Below, piece after piece: positions 45,117 through 55,001 of a stretch of DNA of 64,000 bases; the stretch's first letter is position 1, and every line of letters starts with the position of its first letter. The translations under genes and the position numbers were made by a program. The notes under the pieces are model-generated. The model ran no database searches. It was not told the DNA's origin and saw only the letters and a program-made list of their open reading frames with translations. Location of the stretch: contig JADFXH010000002.1 of the NCBI GenBank assembly GCA_015233675.1, positions 142,794-206,793 on the forward strand, read 5' to 3'. Source of the stretch: Candidatus Omnitrophota bacterium. Its GTDB lineage: Bacteria; Omnitrophota; Gorgyraeia; Zapsychrales; Fredricksoniimonadaceae.

Positions 45117-46820
45117 ATGAACGGAACTGAAAAACAGTTCCGCAATAAGCGTTTCCCCCTATTCCAGGGAATACTTCCCATCAAAAAGTCTGATATATCG
45201 ACTGAAGTGATGGCTGGAATCACCCTGGCCGCCCTTGCAATTCCCGAAGTGATGGGTTATACAAAGATTGCAGGTACTCCTGTAGTCACCGGTCTTTATA
45301 CCTTGCTTATTCCCATGTTTTTGTATGCTATCTTCGGATCGTCTAGACATTTAGTCGTCGCAGCCGACTCGGCCACGGCTGCCATTCTTGCGGCAGGTTT
45401 GGTATCAGTAGCCAAGGGGTCTCACGAGTACGTTGCGCTCGCCGGAGTTCTGGCATTAATGTCCGCCGGATTATTGATTTTCGCGCGTGTGGTGGGGCTG
45501 GGTTTTATGGCTGATTTCCTGTCAAGGACAGTGTTGATAGGATTCTTGACCGGTGTAGGATTCAGTGTCGCGCTTGGTGAGGTTCCCGGCATGCTTGGCA
45601 TTACAGGTGGCGGGGTTGATTTGGTCCATAAGATAACCAACGATCTTCAGCAGATCAGTCAGATAAATTTTTATGATCTGGCAATATCAATGATTGTTAT
45701 CGGCGTCATTTTGGGATCGCAGAAGTTTTCAAAAAAAATTCCCGGTGCCTTTATGGCAGTGGTAGGGGCTGTTGTAGTTAGTTGGCTTTTTGATTTTAAA
45801 AAACATGGAGTCCACACACTAGGTGATGTCCCGCAAGGATTGCCTGTGATTGGTTTACCGAATGTTCATTGGTCTTTCGCTCTAGTCCTGCAGATGCTCC
45901 CCACGGCTTTTTCAATGTTTGTGGTTATTTTGGCACAAAGCGCTGCGACGTCAAGGGCCTATGCCGCGCGATACAATGAATCTTTTAACGAGAACATCGA
46001 TTTGCTCGGTTTGGGCTTGGCTAATGTAGGTGCCGCACTATCATCAACATTTGTTGTCAATGGAAGTCCGACCAAGACTGAGATGGTTGACAGTGCCGGT
46101 GGCCGCAGTCAGTTGTCCTCAATTGTCACGAGTCTTGTTGTTCTTTTGGTATTGCTGTTTTTTACTGACCTGCTGACCAACATGCCCAGCGCCGTTCTTT
46201 CTGCGGTGGTCTTTCTTATAGGATTGCAATTGGTTGATATTCAAGGGATGCGCAAAGTCTGGCGACAACGTCAGCCGGAGTTCTGGGTGGCGCTGGTCAC
46301 GGCTGTCGTGGTCGTCCTGGTCGGTGTCGAGCAGGGGATAGTCATTGCCATGGTGCTCTCCTTAATGGAGCACGTGCGGCGCAGTTACCGCTCGCAGAAT
46401 GTTGTGCTGGCGATTGACAAGTCAACGGGCACTTGGCGGATTTTTCCGGTGACTGAGCCTCAGCAGGTCAAGCCAGGGCTTTTATTGTATCGGTTCGCAC
46501 ACACGATTTACTATGCAAATGCCCAGCAGCTTTTTGATCAGGTTATTGGCTTTGTCGAAGGGGCCGAGCCTCCCTTGTCTTGCCTTTGCATAGATGCTTC
46601 AGCGGTCGCTGATGTGGATTTCTCAGCGGCTGAGACCTTGCGCGAAATTTTTTGTATCTTGAGGGCCCGGGGGGTCAGGCTTGTCTGGGCGAATGTGATT
46701 GACTCCGTTAAGGCCGAGCTCGATAAATATGAGATTCCCAAGCTCATGGGGGAAGACGCATTTTTCCAGAATATCAGTGATGTGGTGGATTTCTACCTTA
46801 AGGATAAGAAACCAAAGTAG
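45117..46820 (+). CDS. SulP-family anion transporter with a C-terminal STAS domain
   Basis: A multi-TM core with the typical SulP N-terminal motif (AGITLAALAIPEVMGYTKIAG) and a STAS-like tail (LYRFAHTIYYANA...DASAVADVDFSAAETL). Confidence 0.85.
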   Translation: MNGTEKQFRNKRFPLFQGILPIKKSDISTEVMAGITLAALAIPEVMGYTKIAGTPVVTGLYTLLIPMFLYAIFGSSRHLVVAADSATAAILAAGLVSVAKGSHEYVALAGVLALMSAGLLIFARVVGLGFMADFLSRTVLIGFLTGVGFSVALGEVPGMLGITGGGVDLVHKITNDLQQISQINFYDLAISMIVIGVILGSQKFSKKIPGAFMAVVGAVVVSWLFDFKKHGVHTLGDVPQGLPVIGLPNVHWSFALVLQMLPTAFSMFVVILAQSAATSRAYAARYNESFNENIDLLGLGLANVGAALSSTFVVNGSPTKTEMVDSAGGRSQLSSIVTSLVVLLVLLFFTDLLTNMPSAVLSAVVFLIGLQLVDIQGMRKVWRQRQPEFWVALVTAVVVVLVGVEQGIVIAMVLSLMEHVRRSYRSQNVVLAIDKSTGTWRIFPVTEPQQVKPGLLLYRFAHTIYYANAQQLFDQVIGFVEGAEPPLSCLCIDASAVADVDFSAAETLREIFCILRARGVRLVWANVIDSVKAELDKYEIPKLMGEDAFFQNISDVVDFYLKDKKPK

Positions 46821-46855
46821 CGGGACAACCGCTTTACGTTAAAAGGGGAATAAAA

Positions 46856-47227
46856 ATGGTACAGAAAACTAGAATAACATGGTTGAGTCATTCAGAAGAA
46901 CACGATTATCCGGCGGCGATGTCTTATTTATGCTTATTGTATGATGAAAAGACTGCCGCCATGTATGTCAATAAGTTAAGACGAGGCCGTGTCTTAGAGT
47001 TTAAGGCCAAGGATATTTTTAGGGCATCAGGTTTATCTTTATTAGGTGTAAGCAATTTACACGTAGAGAAGGACCGTAAGAAGGTGGTATCAGGGAAAGA
47101 ATTATCCCCCCTTTTGCTGCTTAGAGATGCAAAAAACGGGAAAGTTGTTATTGCGGACGGTTATCATCGCTTGTGCGCGGTTTATTCTTATGATGAGGAT
47201 GCTGCGATCCCCTGTAAGATTGTATAA
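46856..47227 (+). CDS. Small ParB/sulfiredoxin-fold-like protein
   Basis: LSPLLLLRDAKNGKVVIADGYHRLCAVY matches the ParB N-terminal DGxHR motif context. No HTH or partner gene is evident. Confidence 0.4.
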   Translation: MVQKTRITWLSHSEEHDYPAAMSYLCLLYDEKTAAMYVNKLRRGRVLEFKAKDIFRASGLSLLGVSNLHVEKDRKKVVSGKELSPLLLLRDAKNGKVVIADGYHRLCAVYSYDEDAAIPCKIV

Positions 47228-47436
47228 TTAGAAATTGCATTCGTTAACACCCAAAGCTTTTTGCGTAAGCCGTTTTAACACTTTTTTAATACCTTAAGGC
47301 ATTTTTTTAATTAGATAAATTTATGGTCAATGATAAACTTAATCCTGTGAGGCAGGGACTGACCTTTGACCTTCGGGCCGACACAAGGTAGGCCCCTACA
47401 AAAAAGGAACATAGAAAGATTAAGGAGAATACTTTT

Positions 47437-47520
47437 ATGATAGATATTATATTTATCGGCTTAATAGTTTTATTTGCACTCATGGCATGGGGCTTTATTG
47501 GTTTGTGTTCAAAAGTGTAA
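47437..47520 (+). CDS. Tiny hydrophobic ORF (27 aa, MIDIIFIGLIVLFALMAWGFIGLCSKV) upstream of kdpF
   Basis: A TAAGGAGA RBS lies 9 nt upstream. The ORF has a single TM-like segment. It is below the ORF-track length cutoff. Confidence 0.35.
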   Translation: MIDIIFIGLIVLFALMAWGFIGLCSKV

Positions 47521-47574
47521 GAATCCCGCTTCCGGTCGTATTGACTGACACTCACAGTTGCTCGCGGGAATGAC
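47521..47574. repeat. Palindromic repeat copy (minus orientation: gtcattcccgcgag...gcgggattc) between the tiny ORF and kdpF
   Basis: The termini gaatcccgc (47521-47529) and ctcgcgggaatgac (47561-47574) share a 13-nt head with the in-gene copy at 35826-35838. Confidence 0.65.
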
Positions 47575-47589
47575 AAGGAGGAGGCAGTT

Positions 47590-47679
47590 ATGTTGGCCAT
47601 CTATTGGATCGGCGGTGTTATTTCATTAGTTTTGTTCGTTTACCTTTTAATAGCTTTGCTTAAACCGGAGATATTTTAA
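47590..47679 (+). CDS. kdpF: K+-transporting ATPase subunit F
   Basis: MLAIYWIGGVISLVLFVYLLIALLKPEIF (29 aa) has the KdpF hallmark YL..ALL.PE.F. AGGAGG RBS. The stop overlaps the kdpA ATG (TAATG). Confidence 0.8.
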   Translation: MLAIYWIGGVISLVLFVYLLIALLKPEIF

Positions 47680-49424
47680 TGGGCCTCAATGATTTTATCC
47701 AAACCATCTTTTTCCTTATAGTAGTGCTTCTGATGGTCAAGCCGTTTGGCAGTTACATGGCGTGTATATATATGGGAAGACCTGCGGGCCTTAACGTGTG
47801 GCTGGTTTGTGTAGAAAAATGGATTTACCGGATTTGCGCTGTGAAAGAGGAAGAAGGTATGACTTGGAAAACTTATGCTGTGGCCATGATTTTGTTTAAT
47901 ATTTTAGGTGTTTTAGTGGTCTATGCCATCCAGCGGTTACAAGCTGTGCTGCCTTTAAATCCAATGGCCATGCCAGCGGTTTCCCCGGATTCGTCGTTTA
48001 ATACGGCGGTGAGTTTTACAACTAATACCAACTGGCAAAGTTATGGCGGGGAAAACACCATGAGTTATTTTACTCAAATGCTGGCCTTGAGCGTCCAGAA
48101 TTTTGTTTCTGCGGCAACAGGGATGGCAATTTTGGTCGCCTTAATTAGAGGATTTATTCAAAAGCAGATGAACACTATTGGAAATTTTTGGGTGGATATG
48201 GTGAGGACTGTTCTGTATATCTTGCTGCCTTTGTCAATTGTGTTTGCCGTTGTTTTTGTTTCCCAAGGGATACCGCAGACTTTTAACAAAAGTGCCGTGG
48301 CAACACTCCTGCAAGCCACTAAAGATAGTAATGGAAAATTAGTTAATCAACAAGAGCTTGCTCTAGGGCCGGTGGCGTCCCAGATAGCTATTAAACAAAT
48401 AGGCAGTAACGGTGGAGGATTTTATAATGCTAATTCTGCTCATCCCTACGAAAATCCAACCCCTTTGTCCAATTTTCTAGAATTATTAGCCATTATGTTG
48501 ATTCCCGTGTCATTGTGCTACACCTTTGGGTGCATGGTCAAAGATCGTCGGCAAGGATGGGCCTTGTTAGCCGCGATGTCTATAATTTTTCTTCCTTGCC
48601 TGTGGTTTTGTATACAGATTGAGCAGCAAGGCAATCCTCTGTTTGATAAATTAGGCGTCGACCAAACAACAACAGCTTTCCAATCCGGCGGGAATATGGA
48701 GGGTAAAGAGTCTCGATTTGGGACTGCTAATTCAGCTATTTGGGCGGTTAGTACAACAGCCGTAGCTAATGGATCGGTCAATTGTATGCACGATTCTTTC
48801 ATGCCTTTGTCCGGCATGATCCCTTTGTGGCTTATACAGTTGGGAGAAGTTATTTTTGGCGGAGTGGGCTGCGGGTTGTATGGCATGATCGCTTTTGTGA
48901 TCGTGGCTGTTTTTATTGCAGGTCTTATGATCGGCCGCACACCTGAGTACCTAGGTAAGAAGATCGAGGTTTTTGAAATGAAGATGGCCTCATTAGTCGC
49001 CTTAATACCGCATATGTTTATTTTGATACCAACGGCCATTGCTGTCCTAACAGTTGTGGGAAAAGCCGGAATCTCTAATCCCGGGCCGCATGGATTTAGT
49101 GAGGTGCTTTATGCTTTTAGTTCAGCTGCGGGGAATAATGGGAGTGCTTTTGGCGGGATTAATGCGAACACAGTTTTTTATAATGTCATGACGGCGGTTT
49201 CAATGTTTTTTGGCCGTTATTGGCTGGCGATCCCGATGCTAGCTATTGCCGGATCTTTGTCAGCCAAGAAAATTGTGCCCAGCACCCAAGGGACATTGCC
49301 GACGCACACACCGTTATTTATTGTCTTTTTGGCCATGGTCGTTTTGGTTGTTGGGGCGTTGGTGTTTTTTCCTGCTCTGGCTTTAGGCCCCATTGTTGAA
49401 CATTTGATGTTAAGAGGTGCGTGA
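47679..49424 (+). CDS. kdpA: K+-transporting ATPase subunit A
   Basis: 581 aa, polytopic, with selectivity-filter-like NTNWQSYGGE, GSNGGGF and a TNGS-type repeat, in the kdpFABC context. Confidence 0.95.
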   Translation: MGLNDFIQTIFFLIVVLLMVKPFGSYMACIYMGRPAGLNVWLVCVEKWIYRICAVKEEEGMTWKTYAVAMILFNILGVLVVYAIQRLQAVLPLNPMAMPAVSPDSSFNTAVSFTTNTNWQSYGGENTMSYFTQMLALSVQNFVSAATGMAILVALIRGFIQKQMNTIGNFWVDMVRTVLYILLPLSIVFAVVFVSQGIPQTFNKSAVATLLQATKDSNGKLVNQQELALGPVASQIAIKQIGSNGGGFYNANSAHPYENPTPLSNFLELLAIMLIPVSLCYTFGCMVKDRRQGWALLAAMSIIFLPCLWFCIQIEQQGNPLFDKLGVDQTTTAFQSGGNMEGKESRFGTANSAIWAVSTTAVANGSVNCMHDSFMPLSGMIPLWLIQLGEVIFGGVGCGLYGMIAFVIVAVFIAGLMIGRTPEYLGKKIEVFEMKMASLVALIPHMFILIPTAIAVLTVVGKAGISNPGPHGFSEVLYAFSSAAGNNGSAFGGINANTVFYNVMTAVSMFFGRYWLAIPMLAIAGSLSAKKIVPSTQGTLPTHTPLFIVFLAMVVLVVGALVFFPALALGPIVEHLMLRGA

Positions 49425-49427
49425 CAA

Positions 49428-49505
49428 TGTGTCATTGCGAGCAAAGCGAAGCAATCTTTTAAAAGAGACTGCTTCGTCGCTGAAAAATGTTCCTCGCAAT
49501 GACAC
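49428..49505. repeat. 78-bp imperfect palindromic repeat (tgtgtcattgcgag...ctcgcaatgacac) between kdpA and kdpB
   Basis: The termini are exact reverse complements. The inner arms (agcgaagcaatctttt / aaaagagactgcttcgtcgct) pair with indels. Confidence 0.8.
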
Positions 49506-49523
49506 GAAACTAATGAGGATATT

Positions 49524-51602
49524 ATGAAAAAGACACACAGTAGCATGACATCATTATTCGAGCCGACGATTTTAGTGCCGGCTATGGTGGAATCATTTAA
49601 GAAATTAGACCCCCGGCATCAGTTCAAGAATCCTGTGATGTTTGTGGTATTAGTTGGTAGCTTGCTGACTACGGGCTTATATGTACAGGCATTAGGGTGG
49701 CACGGGGAGGCCGGTGCCAGTTTTATTCTAGCTATCTCTTTATGGCTGTGGTTTACCATCGTTTTTGCCAATTTTGCGGAAAGCATGGCCGAAGGCCGGG
49801 GCAAAGCCCAAGCAGAGAGTTTGCGCCGTGCCCGTAAAGATACGCCGGCTAAAAAAATGTCTAAACCCACACAGGGTGCAAGTTTTGAAACTGTTTCAGC
49901 CACTACTTTGATCAAAGGGGATGTTGTCTTGGTTGAACGCGGGGATTATATCCCCATGGATGGCGAAGTTGTTGAAGGAGTGGCTTCCGTCGATGAAAGT
50001 GCCATTACCGGGGAAAGCGCTCCGGTTATCCGTGAAAGCGGTGGGGACCGTTCGGCCGTGACCGGAGGGACTCGCGTTCTTTCCGATTGGCTGATTGTCC
50101 GTATTACCGCCAATCAGGGAGAAACTTTTTTGGACCATATGATCGCGATGGTTGAGGGTGCCCGTCGTCAAAAGACTCCCAATGAAATCGCTCTGAGTAT
50201 TTTGCTGGTAGTTTTTACGATTATTTTTCTTCTAGTCACAGTGACCATTTTGCCATTTTCGATTTTTAGCGTTGCTACTGCTGGAAAAGGAGCGGTCATT
50301 ACTGTGACGGCTTTAGTTGCATTGCTGGTTTGTTTGATTCCAACCACGATCGGTGGATTATTACCGGCCATTGGCATTGCCGGCATGGATCGCATGATCC
50401 AGGCTAACGTTATCGCAACCTCCGGACGTGCTGTTGAGGCCGCGGGAGACGTAGATGTATTGTTACTGGATAAAACAGGGACTATTACACTCGGCAACAG
50501 GCAAGCGGTGGCTTTTATTCCGACTCAGGGAGTAACTACCGAGAGATTGGCCGATGCCGCTCAATTGTCTTCTTTGTCCGATGAAACGCCTGAAGGCCGC
50601 AGCATCGTCATTTTAGCGAAAGAGAAATACGGTATTAGAGAACGGCAAACCCAGGAACTGGGGGCAAGGTTCATTCCTTTTACTGCTCAAACCCGTATGA
50701 GCGGGGTCGATTTAGGTGCTAACCGCCAAATTAGAAAGGGTGCGGTTGAAGCTATTGAGGGCTATGTGAGAAAGGCCGGCGGGATTTTTCCGGATGATTT
50801 GAAATCATCCATAGAGACCATTTCTAAAAGTGGGGGAACTCCTTTGGTTGTGGCGGAAGATAAAAATGTTCTGGGGGTCATCCAATTAAAGGACATTGTT
50901 AAGGGCGGCATTAAAGAACGTTTCGCGGAACTTCGCCGCATGGGCATTAAGACTATTATGATCACCGGAGACAACCCTTTAACAGCCGCGGCCATTGCTG
51001 TGGAAGCAGGCATGGATGATTTTCTGGCCCAAGCCACACCTGAAACTAAATTAAAATTGATCCGTGATATGCAAACCGGCGGCCGTTTGGTGGCCATGAC
51101 CGGCGACGGGACCAATGATGCGCCGGCTTTGGCCCAAGCGGATGTGGCATTGGCCATGAATACGGGAACACAAGCTGCCAAAGAAGCGGGGAACATGGTG
51201 GATTTGGATTCCAATCCCACTAAGCTGATTGAAGTGGTTAAAATCGGTAAACAACTCTTGATTACGCGAGGGTCTCTGACGACCTTTAGCATTGCTAATG
51301 ATGTTTCTAAATATTTCGCGATTATACCGGCGGCATTTGTAGGGACTTATCCGGCATTGGGGGCACTCAATGTTATGCATTTAGCTACACCGCAAAGTGC
51401 GATATTGTCCGCGGTTATTTTTAACGCGCTGATTATAATATTTCTTATCCCTTTATCTTTGTTTGGGGTGCCTTACAGGCCGGTTGCTGCCAGTCGTCTT
51501 TTACGGGATAATTTGCTGATTTATGGGGCTGGAGGAATCATCACTCCGTTTGTAGGGATTAAATTGATCGACATGATTTTAGTAGCATTGCATTTAGTTT
51601 AA
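49524..51602 (+). CDS. kdpB: K+-transporting ATPase subunit B (P-type ATPase)
   Basis: [17 protein letters not shown] and [15 protein letters not shown], with KdpB length and context. Confidence 0.95.
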   Translation: MKKTHSSMTSLFEPTILVPAMVESFKKLDPRHQFKNPVMFVVLVGSLLTTGLYVQALGWHGEAGASFILAISLWLWFTIVFANFAESMAEGRGKAQAESLRRARKDTPAKKMSKPTQGASFETVSATTLIKGDVVLVERGDYIPMDGEVVEGVASVDESAITGESAPVIRESGGDRSAVTGGTRVLSDWLIVRITANQGETFLDHMIAMVEGARRQKTPNEIALSILLVVFTIIFLLVTVTILPFSIFSVATAGKGAVITVTALVALLVCLIPTTIGGLLPAIGIAGMDRMIQANVIATSGRAVEAAGDVDVLLLDKTGTITLGNRQAVAFIPTQGVTTERLADAAQLSSLSDETPEGRSIVILAKEKYGIRERQTQELGARFIPFTAQTRMSGVDLGANRQIRKGAVEAIEGYVRKAGGIFPDDLKSSIETISKSGGTPLVVAEDKNVLGVIQLKDIVKGGIKERFAELRRMGIKTIMITGDNPLTAAAIAVEAGMDDFLAQATPETKLKLIRDMQTGGRLVAMTGDGTNDAPALAQADVALAMNTGTQAAKEAGNMVDLDSNPTKLIEVVKIGKQLLITRGSLTTFSIANDVSKYFAIIPAAFVGTYPALGALNVMHLATPQSAILSAVIFNALIIIFLIPLSLFGVPYRPVAASRLLRDNLLIYGAGGIITPFVGIKLIDMILVALHLV

Positions 51603-51605
51603 TAT

Positions 51606-51671
51606 GTCGTCCTGAGCGAAGCGAAGGATCTTAAGGAGCCTTTAGATTCTTCGGCTTCGCCTAAGAATGAC
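51606..51671. repeat. 66-bp imperfect palindromic repeat (gtcgtcctgagcgaagcgaaggatct ... agattcttcggcttcgcctaagaatgac) between kdpB and kdpC
   Basis: By eye, most positions of the two arms are complementary. Confidence 0.7.
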
Positions 51672-51698
51672 AGCAATATCTGATGTGGAGGATCTACC

Positions 51699-52277
51699 AT
51701 GTTACGTACACAAATTAGACCGGCTATAGTTTCTTTTATTGTGTTAACGGTGATCACCGGGATACTTTATCCGCTTTTAGTGACCGCCATCGCGCAAACC
51801 GTATTCCATCATCAGGCCGAAGGTAGTTTGATAGTCTCCGGGGATGGTAAAATTTTAGGATCATCTTTGATCGGGCAGAATTTTGATGACCCTAAGTATT
51901 TCTGGGGCAGGATTTCAGCGACGAGTCCTGCTTATAATGCTTCTTCTTCCTCTGGATCCAATTTAGGCCCTTCAAATCCTGCATTACTAGATGAAATTAA
52001 AGCGAGGGTATCAGCTCTAAAAGCAGCAGATCCTGACAACAATGTTCTCATTCCTGTGGATTTAGTGACATCTTCAGGAAGCGGATTAGACCCTCACATC
52101 AGTCAAGCCGCTGCGGAATATCAACTGGCGCGTGTGGCCCGCGTGAGGGGTTTAACACAAGAAACGGTTAATCAAATTGTCGATCAAAACACCCAAGGCC
52201 GCTTCTTAGGATTTCTCGGTGAACCGGTGGTGAATGTATTGCAAGTTAACCTGGCGCTTGATGAACATAAAAACTAA
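51699..52277 (+). CDS. kdpC: K+-transporting ATPase subunit C
   Basis: An N-terminal TM, then [27 protein letters not shown] and [10 protein letters not shown], both typical of KdpC. Confidence 0.95.
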   Translation: MLRTQIRPAIVSFIVLTVITGILYPLLVTAIAQTVFHHQAEGSLIVSGDGKILGSSLIGQNFDDPKYFWGRISATSPAYNASSSSGSNLGPSNPALLDEIKARVSALKAADPDNNVLIPVDLVTSSGSGLDPHISQAAAEYQLARVARVRGLTQETVNQIVDQNTQGRFLGFLGEPVVNVLQVNLALDEHKN

Positions 52278-52357
52278 ATATTCCCTGTTTCTTGCTTGGC
52301 TGACCGGGAGTTCAAAAAATGCTCGCAATGACCCTCGTAGCGAGTATGATATAATGC

Positions 52358-55000
52358 ATGGAACGACCTGATCCGGATGCAGTTCTAGCTAGAGTAAAAG
52401 CTGAAGAAAGCCATCGTGGCAAACTGAAGATTTTCTTCGGCATGTGTCCTGGTGTCGGTAAGACCTATGCCATGCTTCAAGAGGCGCGCCAGCGCCAGAC
52501 TGAAGGGTTTCGGGTGTTGGTTGGTGTCGTCTGCACGCATGGCCGTTCTGAAACCCAAGCCCTGCTTGAAGGATTGGAACAGGTCCCTCCCAAAATTGTC
52601 AATTACCGCGGTATTACCTTAGAGGAAATGGATATCGATGAAATCCTTAAGCGCCGCCCTCAATTAGTTTTAGTCGACGAGCTTGCTCATACCAATGCCC
52701 CGGGAAGCCGTCATCCTAAACGTTATCAGGATGTCCTGGAAATACTTTCAGCTGACATCGATGTTTTTACCACCCTTAATGTGCAGCATGTTGACAGCCG
52801 CCGGGAAGATATTCTGGCCGTTACCCGTGTTGTGGTTGGAGAAACTGTCCCTGATACCATCCTTGATGAGGCCTCTGAAATTACTTTAGTGGATTTATCT
52901 CCGCAAGCCCTGCATCAACGATTGGCTGAAGGCAAGGTGTATGTCCCCTCCCAAGCCCAAGCTGCCGCCGCTAATTTTTTTAAAACCGAAAATTTGACAG
53001 CCTTGCGGGAAATGGCTTTACGATTAACCACAGCCCATGTTAACCGGAATCTGCGTTCGTTGATGTTAGCAAAAGGGCTTTCAGGCCCCACTAAAAGCGG
53101 TGAACGCATTCTGGTTGCGGTTGGGGTCACTCCATTTTCCGAGTCCTTGATTCGTATGACCCGCCGCTGGGCAGGGATGCTGGATGCTTCATGGATTGCC
53201 TTGCATGTGGAAGGCTCCGCGCCACTCTCTGAAGAGCATAAAGAGCTTTTGATGAAGAATTTGGCCTTGGCCCGTCAGTTAGGAGCCGAGACCATCCATC
53301 AAGTGGGAGATGACCTTGCTCAAGTGATCATTGATGTGGCAAATAAAGAAAATGTCACACAAATTATTATAGGGAAGTCTGTCGAGAAGAAATGGGAAAG
53401 ATTGTTGAGAATTCCCACCATGGTGGATCGGCTAGTTAATTTAAGCGGACAGATTGACGTGCACATGGTGCGCATGTCATCGGGTGAGAAGAGTTTCCCT
53501 CTAAGACCAAGATATTTTTTATCCAGAATAAAACCCCGTGAATATGGTCTTAGTTTTTTCATGTTTGCAATTGCCACCATCGTGAACATGCTCCTGGAGC
53601 CCCTGGCGGGTTATCAGATGCTTGGGCTAATGTATTTACTGACCGTTGTTTTAAGCGGTGCTTTTTTAGGCAGGTCTGCCGCCTTCATGCTGGCGGCTTT
53701 AAGCGCCTTGGCCTGGGATTTCTTGTTTATCCCTCCGAAATATACTTTTAGTTTTAGAAGCGGTTACGACTTGGGTCTGCTGGTGATGTTTTTTATTACA
53801 GCTTTGATGATGGGGTTCATTACTTCCAAGCTGCGGCGTCAGAAAGAAATCGAACAGAAACAGCGTTTGCGTTCAGAATCTTTGTATGAATTAACGCGGG
53901 CCTTGGCTGTAAGTACGGATATAGCTCAAGCAATGCGGGTGGCTTGCGCCCAGATTAATTTACTTTTGCATTCTAAAAGCTGTGTGCTGATGATCGATGA
54001 AAATGATCAACCCCTTTTTATGAATCCCATAGGGGATACTATAGAGATGACGGATAACCAGAAAGGTTTGGTCCAATGGGTGGTAGCTAATAAAAAAGCC
54101 GCGGGCCGTTTTAGTGATACATTGCCTCAACAGCCATTGATGTATTTGCCATTAAGGGCTTCGGGGCAGGTGAGGGCTGTCTTGACCATTAAACTTTTAA
54201 TCGATAAGCCTTTGGATTTGGCCCAAAGGACACTATTAGAATCTTTTACGGCCCTTATGACGGTGATGTTGGAAAAGGATCAATTATTGAAAATATCACG
54301 CGAAGCCAAAATGAAAGAAGATACGCAAAATTTGCAAAGTGCGTTGCTTGATAATCTATCGCATGAATTAAAGACCCCGCTTACGATCATTTCCGGTTAT
54401 CTGGATGCATTGGTTTTATTTCACCAGTGGCCTAAAGATGCTATGGATCTTTTGGAAGAATGCCGTTTAGCCTGCCTGCGTCTGACCAGCGGGGTTGATG
54501 CGGTTTTGGATTTGACTAAATTGGATACCGGTAATTTAAGGCCCAATTTTGCCTGGTGTGAAGTCAAAGATATCATCGCTCAGGCCCTCAAACAAGTCGT
54601 GTCTCAGCCGGTTGAAGAGCGCATTCATCTGGACTGTCCTTCCGGACCTTTGTATGTAAATGCGGATTTTTATATGGTCACACAGTCTTTGAAAAACATT
54701 GTTCATAATGCCTTGGTGCATGGCCCTGAGGGCGAGGAGATCGATATTCATGTGCGCATTATGGATCAAAAGATCAGGATCAGTGTTATTGATCAGGGAG
54801 AAGGAATCCCCAAAGAGACCCTGGCCAAAATTTTTGATAAGTTTTATAGAGGAGCAAAAACCAAAAAAGGGGGGTTAGGCTTAGGTTTATCTATCGCCCG
54901 TCGTTTTGTGCAATTGAATGAAGGTGATGTAGAAGCAGAAAATTTGTCTCCTAAGGGGTTTATGGTTACTATAACCTTACCAATGGCAGAAAAAGAATAA
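52358..55000 (+). CDS. kdpD: Sensor histidine kinase KdpD
   Basis: N-terminal KdpD domain (GMCPGVGKTYAML, VDELAHTN), a Usp-like domain, 4 TM, a GAF-like region, an H-box (LSHELKTPL) and an HATPase domain (DQGEGIP...GGLGLGLSIA). Confidence 0.95.
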   Translation: MERPDPDAVLARVKAEESHRGKLKIFFGMCPGVGKTYAMLQEARQRQTEGFRVLVGVVCTHGRSETQALLEGLEQVPPKIVNYRGITLEEMDIDEILKRRPQLVLVDELAHTNAPGSRHPKRYQDVLEILSADIDVFTTLNVQHVDSRREDILAVTRVVVGETVPDTILDEASEITLVDLSPQALHQRLAEGKVYVPSQAQAAAANFFKTENLTALREMALRLTTAHVNRNLRSLMLAKGLSGPTKSGERILVAVGVTPFSESLIRMTRRWAGMLDASWIALHVEGSAPLSEEHKELLMKNLALARQLGAETIHQVGDDLAQVIIDVANKENVTQIIIGKSVEKKWERLLRIPTMVDRLVNLSGQIDVHMVRMSSGEKSFPLRPRYFLSRIKPREYGLSFFMFAIATIVNMLLEPLAGYQMLGLMYLLTVVLSGAFLGRSAAFMLAALSALAWDFLFIPPKYTFSFRSGYDLGLLVMFFITALMMGFITSKLRRQKEIEQKQRLRSESLYELTRALAVSTDIAQAMRVACAQINLLLHSKSCVLMIDENDQPLFMNPIGDTIEMTDNQKGLVQWVVANKKAAGRFSDTLPQQPLMYLPLRASGQVRAVLTIKLLIDKPLDLAQRTLLESFTALMTVMLEKDQLLKISREAKMKEDTQNLQSALLDNLSHELKTPLTIISGYLDALVLFHQWPKDAMDLLEECRLACLRLTSGVDAVLDLTKLDTGNLRPNFAWCEVKDIIAQALKQVVSQPVEERIHLDCPSGPLYVNADFYMVTQSLKNIVHNALVHGPEGEEIDIHVRIMDQKIRISVIDQGEGIPKETLAKIFDKFYRGAKTKKGGLGLGLSIARRFVQLNEGDVEAENLSPKGFMVTITLPMAEKE

Positions 55001-55001
55001 G

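Noticed and set aside
47228-47436. A c-di-AMP (ydaO/kimA-type) riboswitch upstream of the kdp operon
   Set aside because: The context is right, and there are short matches (cuuaauc, gguaggc). But the region lacks the paired GGGGACCCA / GGGGUGAAUCC / ACGGGGA core segments and is too short for the pseudo-symmetric fold. I do not call it without a covariance-model hit.
47307-47600. The 97-aa minus-strand ORF
   Set aside because: It overlaps kdpF, the tiny RBS-preceded ORF and a palindromic repeat; its SFPRA segment is repeat-derived. It has no RBS and a low-complexity product.
48518-51380. Long antisense ORFs inside kdpA/kdpB (48518-49039, 50168-50497, 50762-51292, 51051-51380). The same applies inside the giant ORF (25995-26464, 26538-26954) and at 56840-57298
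   Set aside because: They lie opposite strongly supported conserved genes and have no recognisable motifs. Such ORFs are typical by-products of codon bias on the coding strand.
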